NCBI GenBank assembly: GCA_036337945.1
Contig: JAYZDF010000062.1
Location: 29,998 to 93,997 of the forward strand
Length of the DNA: 64,000 nt
From: Myxococcota bacterium
Lineage (GTDB): Bacteria > Myxococcota > Kuafuiibacteriia > Kuafuiibacteriales > Kuafuiibacteriaceae
Direction: 5' to 3'
A program made the translations under genes and the position numbers. Below the pieces are notes generated by a model that saw nothing but the letters and a program-made list of their open reading frames with translations, searched no databases and was not told the origin of the DNA. Positions 12,534 through 20,464 of the stretch are shown here, piece by piece; the first letter of the stretch is position 1, and each line of letters starts with the position of its first letter.

Positions 12534-13647
12534 TGAGTTTGAAGCGTTCGTATTCAAGGCTTTGGAAATCGAACCATCTGAAGAGCTACTTGATTCCTGG
12601 GCGATAAGCTATGAGAAACTTCAGTCTCGGCTCACCCGCAATCGCAAGGAGAGCCTTCAAAAGAATTCAAGCGCGGCGGGCGAGCAGGGCGCGGGCGACA
12701 TTGTCCGCGGTATCGTTCATGCGGGACGAACCTTTCGTATTGCTCAACGTATCTTGAGTATATATCCACCAGCGGCAGGACGAATGCTAGAGGTAGGGGC
12801 AGGCATAGGGCCCTTTGCGTTCGCTGCCCACAGTATGTTCGGCGAGCCGGTTACTATTCTAGAGAAAAATCGACGGATGCTCAGAAATGCTCTGAATCTC
12901 TTCGAAGCGGCTGAAATGGACGTCCCGAAGAGTATTCATGGAGATGCAACCCAGCCCATTACCTACCGTCAGTACTCTGCGGTATTCGCTCCTTTCGTGC
13001 TCAACGAGATTCTTACAAGAGTAGAAAGCGAGGACGTGGTCGGAGCGGGGCGGAAACAGGTTAAGAGTTGGTTGACGGCTTGTCGGAGAGGAGGTCGCCT
13101 TTACATTCTTGAGCCAGGAACCAAGGAAGCGGCTCAAAACCTCCAACGTCTACGGGAGACACTGAAGGACGAATTTCAAATCATTGGGCCGTGTACACAT
13201 GATTCTGAATGCCCAATGCTGAATGGAGAGAAAGATTGGTGTCACGTCACTTGGCGTATAGAGTCGGGGAACTGGGCTCAAAAGATCGCGGAAAGAGCGA
13301 AGCGCAGATTTCAAGACCTTCATTTCTCTTGGCTCATACTAGAGAACAGAAGGCCACAGCAAAGAGAGCCGGACAGCTTGAGAGTCATGGACGTCCGAAG
13401 AAATGATAAGAACAAACTTAGAGTGGTGACCTGCGGGACGAGCGGGCTTGAAACATTGGTCGTTCAAAAGAAGAACCGAGCAACCTACGAGGCATTCGAT
13501 GATTATCAGTCGGGAGATGAGCTACGGGTGACACTCAGTCAGCTAGAGAGGAAAGGGGACGGGTTCAGAGTGACGAGTGAAGAACAGATAAAGCATCGAC
13601 GGTCAGTGATGCAAAGCGTGGCCACTCTTTTGGACAACCAGACCTAG
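12520..13647 (+). CDS. class I SAM-dependent methyltransferase with C-terminal Cys/His cluster (Rsm22-like)
   Basis: Motif I MLEVGAGIGPFAF with acidic residue after beta-2 (VTILEKN); cluster CTHDSECPMLNGEKDWCHV as in Rsm22/METTL17-type methyltransferases. Confidence 0.5.
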   Translation: MLGVDEFEAFVFKALEIEPSEELLDSWAISYEKLQSRLTRNRKESLQKNSSAAGEQGAGDIVRGIVHAGRTFRIAQRILSIYPPAAGRMLEVGAGIGPFAFAAHSMFGEPVTILEKNRRMLRNALNLFEAAEMDVPKSIHGDATQPITYRQYSAVFAPFVLNEILTRVESEDVVGAGRKQVKSWLTACRRGGRLYILEPGTKEAAQNLQRLRETLKDEFQIIGPCTHDSECPMLNGEKDWCHVTWRIESGNWAQKIAERAKRRFQDLHFSWLILENRRPQQREPDSLRVMDVRRNDKNKLRVVTCGTSGLETLVVQKKNRATYEAFDDYQSGDELRVTLSQLERKGDGFRVTSEEQIKHRRSVMQSVATLLDNQT

Positions 13648-13659
13648 GCTAGAGACAAA

Positions 13660-13675
13660 TGTTCCACGTGAAACA
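13660..13675. promoter_or_regulatory. parS: parS centromere-like site, perfect TGTTCCACGTGAAACA
   Basis: Exact match to the Bacillus-type parS consensus TGTTNCACGTGAAACA; the 5' flank AGAGA is shared with the other copies. Confidence 0.8.
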
Positions 13676-13769
13676 TTCACAGATTGATTCACAGGCTTGC
13701 AAAGGAACGCAAAGCGGCTTGTCAGAAGAAAAATCTATCATTTTCGGATCCTTATAATGCAGAGAACAG

Positions 13770-13785
13770 TGTTCCACGTGAAACA
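13770..13785. promoter_or_regulatory. parS: parS centromere-like site, perfect TGTTCCACGTGAAACA
   Basis: Identical 16-mer exactly 110 bp from the first copy. Confidence 0.8.
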
Positions 13786-13794
13786 TTACGTGAG

Positions 13795-13803
13795 TTATCC
13801 ACA
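13795..13803 (+). promoter_or_regulatory. perfect DnaA-box 9-mer TTATCCACA
   Basis: Exact consensus 9-mer 10 bp downstream of parS copy 2, inside a CGTGAG...CTCACG inverted repeat. Confidence 0.35.
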
Positions 13804-13879
13804 GCTCACGAAAACGTGAGCGCTTCAAAGACATGCTTTCTTGGACATATCGAAAGCCTGATCGAAGACGAGAGAAACG

Positions 13880-13895
13880 TATTTCACGTGAAACA
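13880..13895. promoter_or_regulatory. parS: parS-like site TATTTCACGTGAAACA (one mismatch)
   Basis: Third copy exactly 110 bp from the second; the 5' flank AGAGAAACGT is conserved. Confidence 0.6.
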
Positions 13896-14046
13896 TAAAA
13901 GTAAGAACGCCTGGAGATAGGGCAGTGTAGGGTTTGAAAACGCCCGAACCGGATGATTTTAACCTCTTCAGAGACTTATCTAGCAACATGAATGATTAGA
14001 CCGATTCTGATGAATAAAGAACCGAATCTTAGAGTTCTTCTATCTT

Positions 14047-14064
14047 AATGAGAGATCTCTCATT
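14047..14064. repeat. 18-bp perfect palindrome AATGAGAGATCTCTCATT
   Basis: Read directly from the sequence; lies within a 9-bp inverted-repeat-bounded segment (AGTGTAGGG at 13924-13932 / CCCTACACT at 14068-14076). Confidence 0.5.
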
Positions 14065-14561
14065 CTGCCCTACACTTCTCGAGATTTGTAAAATTAGAGA
14101 TGATACATAAGAATAGTCTTTTTACGCTCCTATCCAGCGGGCCTGTCGTGAAGCGATGGGGAGTTTTTTTCTATAAGATTCCACTCAGAAGCAAATCCGT
14201 TTTATTACTCTAGTCGCAACGCTATTTCGGTAATCCAGAATCCGGCTGGGAAACAAAATCATTCCGTGGACTAAGGTACGAAGGTTTCTTCACAGGCTTA
14301 TACGACTTGAAATTTTTAGGCATAACGTTTTTCGAAGTCTTCTGCGAGTCGCGGGCTTACAACTTTGACCATCGAGAAAAGTTATGCTCGGCTTCGGAGG
14401 AAAGGAGAAAATAAACGACTCAATACTTTTTTGGAACCCAACACCTCCTCTAACAGAGCATCTTACCACTCATGATAAGCAAGATTCTCTACTCCGTCGC
14501 CAAACCGCGTTCATATTTCGTTTCGAAGTTTTTTTTTTAATGAAGAAAAGATGACTCGTGA

Positions 14562-14594
14562 ATAAGAACTAAACATCTGTTTAGTTCTTATTCT
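14562..14594. terminator. perfect 15-bp-stem hairpin (AATAAGAACTAAACA tc TGTTTAGTTCTTATT) spanning the stop codon of the HTH gene
   Basis: Perfect inverted repeat with a 2-nt loop; no clear U-tract, so terminator function is uncertain. Confidence 0.3.
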
Positions 14595-15162
14595 TGCCGA
14601 TCCCCAGTATCTGTTCGAGCTCATCTAATTCTCGATGAAGAATTTCTGATTCAGGATCGACCTGTCGCTGTTCTTCAATCAAAGCGGGAAGACGGGAACT
14701 GTTTGGGAGGGGCGCCTCCAGCAGCATCGGCGCATCTGTAGAGCTTTGCAACTTGTCTTGCAAGCTTTCTACCGTTTGTTCAAGTTTCTCGATGTGACTT
14801 TCGAGAGCTTTGAATTCATAGCTGCGGGTTTCAGAAATTTCGCGGATTGCGTCGAGGAAAACTTGACGTTCCTCATGAACCGCCTGAAGAAATGTGGAAC
14901 TCAGCCATTCTAAGTCTTCTCGGCTCAGTGAGCTCCCTTTTTGAGTTCCACGGGCTTTTTCAGCAGAATAATACGAACCTGATTCACGATGCAGCGCTTC
15001 TTCAACGTCAATCGCATCAATGCGAGTCTCCCAGCCAGAGTTTGTCTGCTGAAGACGGCGCCTTGGAAACTCACCTTCCTTAATTCGGCGCTGAAGGGTT
15101 CGTCGAGAAATCCCGAGTCGCTCAGCGACCTCTTGTAAACTGTATGATTCTTTCGTCGTCAT
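14581..15162 (-). CDS. excisionase/MerR-type HTH DNA-binding protein with long C-terminal coiled coil (RacA-like architecture)
   Basis: N-terminus YSLQEVAERLGISRRTLQRRIKEGEFP...W matches HTH_17/MerR-like domains; the remainder is heptad-rich (EKLEQTVESLQDKLQ, ELDELEQIL). Last gene of the jag operon. Confidence 0.6.
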   Translation of the reverse strand: MTTKESYSLQEVAERLGISRRTLQRRIKEGEFPRRRLQQTNSGWETRIDAIDVEEALHRESGSYYSAEKARGTQKGSSLSREDLEWLSSTFLQAVHEERQVFLDAIREISETRSYEFKALESHIEKLEQTVESLQDKLQSSTDAPMLLEAPLPNSSRLPALIEEQRQVDPESEILHRELDELEQILGIGKNKN

Positions 15163-15165
15163 GCA

Positions 15166-16065
15166 CTACTGACGGCGAGCACGAACAACCAAAAGATGTC
15201 CCATTTGAGCCAATGGTGTTTGGTTCAAACGATGATCGATCTCGAATAGCCCACGCGCAACAAGCCGCTTAGGAAGCATCTTAGGTAAAGGAAGGAGGTC
15301 AAGTCCAGCCGCGAACAAAATTCCTAATGGATGCTCCGTGAAACATTCTTCAACAACGAATGATTTTGCGATCAGTGCCTGATACTCCTCAGGTGAATAG
15401 GCATGGTGATCATCGGAAAAAGAATCATCGTCGTGACGCAAACGGTCTTTGATCGGTTCAAGCCAGGCGAACTCTCGAGGATCCAGAAATAGGGCAGGGG
15501 CGCCAGGCTTGAGAACTCGAGCAGCCTCCTTCAAAGCGGCCTCCGGATCGTGCAGATGGTGAAGCGCTCCGCGAGCAACTAAACCGTCAAAAGAGTTATC
15601 CTTGAACGGTAGAGCAGCAGCATCCGTTCGAACCACCGCATCCAATCGGCGACGAGCAGCTAGTAAACAAGGCAACGAAAGGTCTGCACCTACGACCTGT
15701 GCACCTGCGCGACGAATTGCTCCACCGGCAGTCCCTGTCCCGCATCCTAAATCAAGAACAACACCTTTTGGATGAGACATGCGGGAAGGCAGATCATCCG
15801 CAGAAATTCGGTCCCAATGGCAGCAGAGTTTTTCTTCGTTTTCGTAATACTCTTCAACCGCATGACCCTGTGCACTCATCTCGATATGGTGTCCTTCGCT
15901 TAAGGTTGTTTCGTCTACATAGTCATAGACGCCTTCAACCTGCTTGGGCGGAGGAACCTTAACCAAGGTATCGATCAAAGAGCTCCACGTGGCAGCTCCA
16001 GCTTCTCCTTGGTTATCAAAGCTCGAATTAGTATTTTGTTCAGGTTTCATTGCAGTATCATCCAT
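15166..16065 (-). CDS. class I SAM-dependent methyltransferase (Methyltransf_11/25-like)
   Basis: VLDLGCGTGTAGGAI motif I, acidic residue at beta-2 end (VVGADLS), LKPGAPALF motif. Confidence 0.7.
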   Translation of the reverse strand: MDDTAMKPEQNTNSSFDNQGEAGAATWSSLIDTLVKVPPPKQVEGVYDYVDETTLSEGHHIEMSAQGHAVEEYYENEEKLCCHWDRISADDLPSRMSHPKGVVLDLGCGTGTAGGAIRRAGAQVVGADLSLPCLLAARRRLDAVVRTDAAALPFKDNSFDGLVARGALHHLHDPEAALKEAARVLKPGAPALFLDPREFAWLEPIKDRLRHDDDSFSDDHHAYSPEEYQALIAKSFVVEECFTEHPLGILFAAGLDLLPLPKMLPKRLVARGLFEIDHRLNQTPLAQMGHLLVVRARRQ

Positions 16066-16068
16066 TGA

Positions 16069-16287
16069 TTACAGTTCGTTTGTGGTCGGAGCGTCCTTAC
16101 GATGGTCTAGCGCTGCCTCGACTCGTCCGCGCTCTCGCGATAAGAACTCGACAACGTCTTCGTCCGTCAGCTCAAGATCGCAAAGCGCCCCATTGTAAAT
16201 TTCGGAGCGCGATATACCCGCCCTCTCGAGCTGAACCTTTAAGCAAGCCGCCCCAAACAGGCGCTGTTCGCGTGTCCGAGGCGGCAT
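16069..16287 (-). CDS. small hypothetical protein (72 aa) between jag and the methyltransferase
   Basis: The ORF fills the gap between two co-oriented genes with tight spacing; no motif recognised. Confidence 0.35.
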   Translation of the reverse strand: MPPRTREQRLFGAACLKVQLERAGISRSEIYNGALCDLELTDEDVVEFLSRERGRVEAALDHRKDAPTTNEL

Positions 16288-16295
16288 ATTTTTCC

Positions 16296-17393
16296 TTATG
16301 AATTAGGCTGTGCTTCGGTCTCAGTAGAGTGTTCTGATTCAACAGATGCAGCTGCCGCTACTTCTTCTACCGTCGCTGAAGCCTCTTCTGTCGCTGGGGT
16401 CTCTTCAGCCGCTACCGCTTCTTCTTGATGAGAGTCACGACCGCGACCACCACGACGTCGACGACGGTTATTCTTCTTCGTGCGAAGCGCGTCTGGCACA
16501 ACGTGGATCCGGCGGAATAAACCTTCACCTTCGGACATCGTATCAGCGTCTTCTATCGTCATCACGGTCTGGTGAATGGCGCGACGGTCTGCAGCTGTCA
16601 TGGGTAGAATCGTAATGACTTTACCGAGAGAATTTGCTTTCTCTACAAGCTGCTTCGCGATTGCGACCATTTCTTCGTCAATATTGTCTGGGAGTGACTT
16701 TTGAGGACTTTTCGCTGCTTGCTTTCTGCGCTCTGCTGCTTCAGCTTTCCGCGTTGCGATTCGTTCGGCGACAGATTCTGCTTCAACTACGATATGCTTT
16801 CGATTGTCCGGAAATCGATTTACGATCTTGTTCAACAGGAATTGAAGTGAAGGTAGAGCAGGAGGACGCGTTGACCCGAGGAGATCAGCAACGGCTGTGC
16901 TGTCTTCGGCTTCATTTAGAACCACAACGATTTGTTCTTCTTCATCGCGAACCTCAACAACGACAGGCATACCAAGTTGATTACATAGCTCCTCAGTCAC
17001 CTCTTTTGTTTGCGCCGCTTTCTCGGGAGCTGGCCCGGTAATTCCTGGGACTCGAACTCGTTCTTCTGCCGCTGGTGCGCTTGCTTCACTGGTTTCAGTG
17101 GCGTCATCTGATTCAGCCGCTTCCGCTTTTTTAGGTGCTGGCTTTTTCCTAGAAGTAGCTTTCTTTGGCTTTTTTTCTTTCTCGCCAGAAAGGGTTTCTT
17201 TCTTGGCTTTAGTTTCTTTGGCCGCAACGCTTGCGGAAATGATCACCGGTCGAGCGCCCATACCAAATAAGCCGGCTGACCCTTTATCAACAATGCTAAA
17301 GGAGAGCTCTTCTTTAGTCACTCCAAAATCGGAACACGCAAGTTCAATCGCCTCACGTTCAGTTTCTGCTTCAAATTGTTTTTCTGTTGCCAC
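16296..17393 (-). CDS. jag: RNA-binding protein Jag/KhpB (Jag_N + KH + R3H) with long Lys/Glu-rich linker
   Basis: N-terminal Jag_N (EAIELACSDFGVTKEELSFSIVDKGSAGLFGMGARP), KH-like core (VVVEVRDEEEQIVVVLNEAEDSTAVADLLG) and R3H (RRAIHQTVMTIEDADTMSEGEGLFRRIHV). Confidence 0.8.
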   Translation of the reverse strand: MATEKQFEAETEREAIELACSDFGVTKEELSFSIVDKGSAGLFGMGARPVIISASVAAKETKAKKETLSGEKEKKPKKATSRKKPAPKKAEAAESDDATETSEASAPAAEERVRVPGITGPAPEKAAQTKEVTEELCNQLGMPVVVEVRDEEEQIVVVLNEAEDSTAVADLLGSTRPPALPSLQFLLNKIVNRFPDNRKHIVVEAESVAERIATRKAEAAERRKQAAKSPQKSLPDNIDEEMVAIAKQLVEKANSLGKVITILPMTAADRRAIHQTVMTIEDADTMSEGEGLFRRIHVVPDALRTKKNNRRRRRGGRGRDSHQEEAVAAEETPATEEASATVEEVAAAASVESEHSTETEAQPNS

Positions 17394-17654
17394 TTGGCAC
17401 CTCGCTTCGGGAATCTTTTGAGACCTCTAAAATGTGAATGCTCGCGACAAAGCTGTTATTTTGCCTGGCTTTCAGCGCTCTTGAAGTATTGGTTCTCTTG
17501 TTCCCCTGATAGTGTAAACTCATCTAAGGATTCGGTTTTATGGATGACCGTTTCCCCAGCTTCAAACTCCGAAAAGTTTGCTGGGCAATTAGATAGTCAT
17601 CGCCTGCTCAATGGTCAATTGGCTTTCGCGAATTTATGAAAATACAGCGAGAAT

Positions 17655-19358
17655 TTAGGAAGACAGCGCGGCAGCGGCCGGGGGAGTACCAGCATCTTTG
17701 TTGATGAAGTGCTGCTGGACGATGGTCAGGACGGTGTTTACAAAAATGTAAAAGCACAGTCCGGCCGGTAAGGCGATCATCATGGCTCCGAACATGATCG
17801 GCATGAAATACATCATCATTTTCTGTTGCGCCGCATCCATAGTGGTAGGAGTCATCTTTTGCTGAAGGAACATGACAACCACCAAAATAGCGGGAAGAAT
17901 CCAGTAGGGGTCTCGAGAGGTAAGGTCTGGAATCCATAGAAACGACTCCTGGTACAGGTCAATCGATACCCAGAGAGCCCGGTATAGGGCAAACCAGATA
18001 GGCATCTGAATGAGCATCGGTACGCAGCCACTGGCTGGGCTTACATTATGATCCCGATACAATTTCATCATTTCTTCGCTCTGGCGCTGTCGATCGTCCG
18101 GAAACTTTTCCTTGAGAGCGTCGATCTGAGGCTTCAACTTCGACATCGCCCGCATCGAACGACCGCTGCGTTGGTTGAGCGGAAAGAGTGCAAGCTTCAC
18201 CAAAACGGTTAGGCCAAGGATAGCGATCCCCCAAGAACCACTCAGTCCATAGATAAGAGCCAAAATAGCGAGTAGCCCCTCACACAAAATCGCCAAATTG
18301 AGACCCATGATGGTGTAATCCACCGCAGATTCGAGCTGAGCTTCACTTCGAGTCAAAAGCTTCGGTTTTTTCACACCGAGATACGCGGTGAATTTATGTC
18401 GCTTCTCCTCGCCTGGCCGCAAGGTGCTTTCCGCCATCACTAATGCCGCGCGGGCTTGCTGGCCATTCGCAGTCAAACGGCACTCTGCGGGATCATCATC
18501 ACGATGAATAATCGCAGATAGAAAATACTGACGATCCATCCCGACCCACTTCACATTTTCTGAAAACTTCTCAGATTCGCTGACCAATTCTTTTTGGGCT
18601 TCTCGCTCGACAGAGCCATCAGTGAAGCACGCTCCGTTGAGATGATCGGGAGGAGGCATAAACATCATTCCGCCTTCTTCCATCACTTCGGTCAGTTTGG
18701 AGGAGGTTGAAATCTCCATCACGTGTCGCTGAGGTTGATCGCTATTGTTGCGCACTGTAACGGCCATTTCTATTTCGAACGAATCAGGAGAGATATCGTA
18801 GATCCGTTCAACCTCGATCCCTTCATCCGTCTTATATGAATAGATCACCTGGTTTTCGCGAGGGCGACGAACCTCGTAGACTGGTCGAAGAGGAAACCGG
18901 AAAGTCGTTCCTTCTAAAAATTGAATTCCAGCCATTTGATTTCTTAGATCCGGGGCATCCAAGTTCGGTTGCGCTAGTCGAATCGGATCTTCGGTTGGCT
19001 GATTGTCCGCATCTCGCTCCTTAAACGAAGGGAGCTCGAACAATTGAATTCCACCGCCTACATTCGTCAGCTGTAGCGAGTAAGGTATTTTTTCATCCCC
19101 CGAATCTACAGAACCCGAAAATTTTTCAATCGACTCAGGAATAACTTTTCGCGGCGCTTTCGCAACCGTTGTAGTCGTCACCTCGCCTGCCATTGTGGCG
19201 GTCGTTGCTGTTTGAACATTTTCAGATTTCTCCGTCGTAGCCACAGAAGCGTTTTTCTTCGGTGGCTTTTGGGGAAAGAGATATGTCCAAGTCGTTAGGA
19301 CGATCACCGATAGTATCGTCGCACGTAGAATCCGTTGATTGTTCTCTGATTCTTCCAT
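17655..19358 (-). CDS. yidC: membrane protein insertase YidC
   Basis: 567 aa; N-terminal TM, large periplasmic domain and conserved C-terminal five-TM core (PMLIQMPIWFALY, MMYFMPIMFGAMM). Confidence 0.9.
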   Translation of the reverse strand: MEESENNQRILRATILSVIVLTTWTYLFPQKPPKKNASVATTEKSENVQTATTATMAGEVTTTTVAKAPRKVIPESIEKFSGSVDSGDEKIPYSLQLTNVGGGIQLFELPSFKERDADNQPTEDPIRLAQPNLDAPDLRNQMAGIQFLEGTTFRFPLRPVYEVRRPRENQVIYSYKTDEGIEVERIYDISPDSFEIEMAVTVRNNSDQPQRHVMEISTSSKLTEVMEEGGMMFMPPPDHLNGACFTDGSVEREAQKELVSESEKFSENVKWVGMDRQYFLSAIIHRDDDPAECRLTANGQQARAALVMAESTLRPGEEKRHKFTAYLGVKKPKLLTRSEAQLESAVDYTIMGLNLAILCEGLLAILALIYGLSGSWGIAILGLTVLVKLALFPLNQRSGRSMRAMSKLKPQIDALKEKFPDDRQRQSEEMMKLYRDHNVSPASGCVPMLIQMPIWFALYRALWVSIDLYQESFLWIPDLTSRDPYWILPAILVVVMFLQQKMTPTTMDAAQQKMMMYFMPIMFGAMMIALPAGLCFYIFVNTVLTIVQQHFINKDAGTPPAAAALSS

Positions 19359-19373
19359 TAGCTTACTCTTCTT

Positions 19374-19637
19374 TTATGGATGATCAATGCCGCCCGGATG
19401 AAACGGATGACATTTCGAAATACGTTTCATGGCTTTGATTGTACCTGTCCATAATCCGTACTTTATAATTGATTGTTTCGCGTATTCGCTACACGTGGGA
19501 TGAAAACGACATGCTGGGCCAAAGGCATGCAGGAAAGGTGATAGAAGCTTTTGATACGTCATCACGACGAACAATAAGAACCGAGCAAGAATCGACAAGC
19601 TTGATTTCTCCTCGCGATTAGTTGTCACTGTGTTCAT
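19374..19637 (-). CDS. yidD: membrane protein insertion efficiency factor YidD
   Basis: CRFHPTCSEYA...KCHPFHPGGIDHP signature. Confidence 0.85.
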   Translation of the reverse strand: MNTVTTNREEKSSLSILARFLLFVVMTYQKLLSPFLHAFGPACRFHPTCSEYAKQSIIKYGLWTGTIKAMKRISKCHPFHPGGIDHP

Positions 19638-19641
19638 CGTA

Positions 19642-20070
19642 TTACGTTGTGCCTTTACGTTGCTTTTGGACTCGTTGCTCGGCCTTCAGGATCGCAGGGA
19701 TCAGATCGACTGCAACATCATCCAAGCCGTTCAATGCGCGCTGAGACGCGTGTGGCTTGGCTATCACTACAAAGTCAACTGTTGATAAGTGATGCTGCAA
19801 TCTGCGAAAACATTCTCGTAACATTCTACGAACACGGCTTCTTATCACAGCATTTCCAACTCGTTTGCTTACTACGCAACCAAGACGCGGTCTTGTTTGT
19901 TTTTCGGAAATAAACGCAACGACGGTAAAGCAGCCGGTGTGAACGCGAAGGCCTTTTTTTTGTATCGTTAGAAATTCGCGCCGTTGGCGAACTCGAGCCG
20001 CTTTTGGAAAAGCACCACTCTTAGACAATAGAGCGAGGGTCGACTTAGGAGCGTGATCTGATGGCGTCAT
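19642..20070 (-). CDS. rnpA: ribonuclease P protein component (true start likely internal to the ORF)
   Basis: FPKAARVRQRREFLTIQKKG...GCVVSKRVGNAVIRSRVRRMLRE resembles the RnpA basic RNR motif; position between rpmH and yidD. Confidence 0.8.
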   Translation of the reverse strand: MTPSDHAPKSTLALLSKSGAFPKAARVRQRREFLTIQKKGLRVHTGCFTVVAFISEKQTRPRLGCVVSKRVGNAVIRSRVRRMLRECFRRLQHHLSTVDFVVIAKPHASQRALNGLDDVAVDLIPAILKAEQRVQKQRKGTT

Positions 20071-20133
20071 AAGTCGCTCACGAAAAATTGATCCTCCGCA
20101 GATACTCTTTAGAGGATACAGTGAAGGCTGCTC

Positions 20134-20283
20134 TTATTTTTTGTAAGAAACTGATGCGAGTCGCTTACGCCCTTTTTGACGTCGAGCGTTGATCGTCTTT
20201 ACACCGTTTTTGGTGCTCATGCGCTTACGGAAACCGTGTTTTCGTTGGCGGCGGATTTTCGAAGGTTGAAAAGTACGTTTCAT
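20134..20283 (-). CDS. rpmH: 50S ribosomal protein L34
   Basis: Manual translation [49 protein letters not shown]; not in the ORF track because it is under 60 aa. Confidence 0.9.
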   Translation of the reverse strand: MKRTFQPSKIRRQRKHGFRKRMSTKNGVKTINARRQKGRKRLASVSYKK

Positions 20284-20464
20284 AACTATCTCCGTTCAGA
20301 GCTGGCTGTATCGCCATAGCGCGCTTAGCCTGTCAAGCGATCGCTTCACACTAATGTGTGAGAATCTGATCTTTTTTTTCATTTTTGGTTTGATTCATAT
20401 TCACAATTTCCGTAGTTGCGGCAGCTCCTGGCTCAGGCTACTTTGCCAGACTCCCGCATACGCT

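Noticed and set aside
13651-13900. Possible CRISPR array or iterons, given regularly spaced repeats
   Set aside because: There are only three copies; the unit is a 16-bp palindrome matching parS exactly; spacers of 94 bp are too long for CRISPR; no cas genes are present.
13684-13920. 78-aa ORF overlapping the parS sites as a real gene
   Set aside because: The three repeat copies fall in different reading frames (110 mod 3 = 2), so conservation is at DNA level and not protein level; composition is atypical.
13648-14580. Search for tRNA, tmRNA, RNase P RNA or SRP RNA in the 930-bp gene-free region
   Set aside because: No tRNA T-arm (GGTTCGAATCC-like), tmRNA ends, RNase P conserved blocks or SRP domain IV motif were found by eye. 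An sRNA cannot be excluded without a covariance search.
12008-15165. Interpretation of the AT-rich, repeat-rich 12-15 kb segment as a mobile genomic island
   Set aside because: No integrase, transposase, tRNA attachment site or flanking direct repeats were seen; the parS content argues for a native chromosomal organising region.
20284-20464. oriC in the rpmH-dnaA spacer
   Set aside because: There is only a TCACAC-N4-GTGTGA palindrome and a T-run; no good DnaA boxes, whereas the dnaA-dnaN spacer has several.
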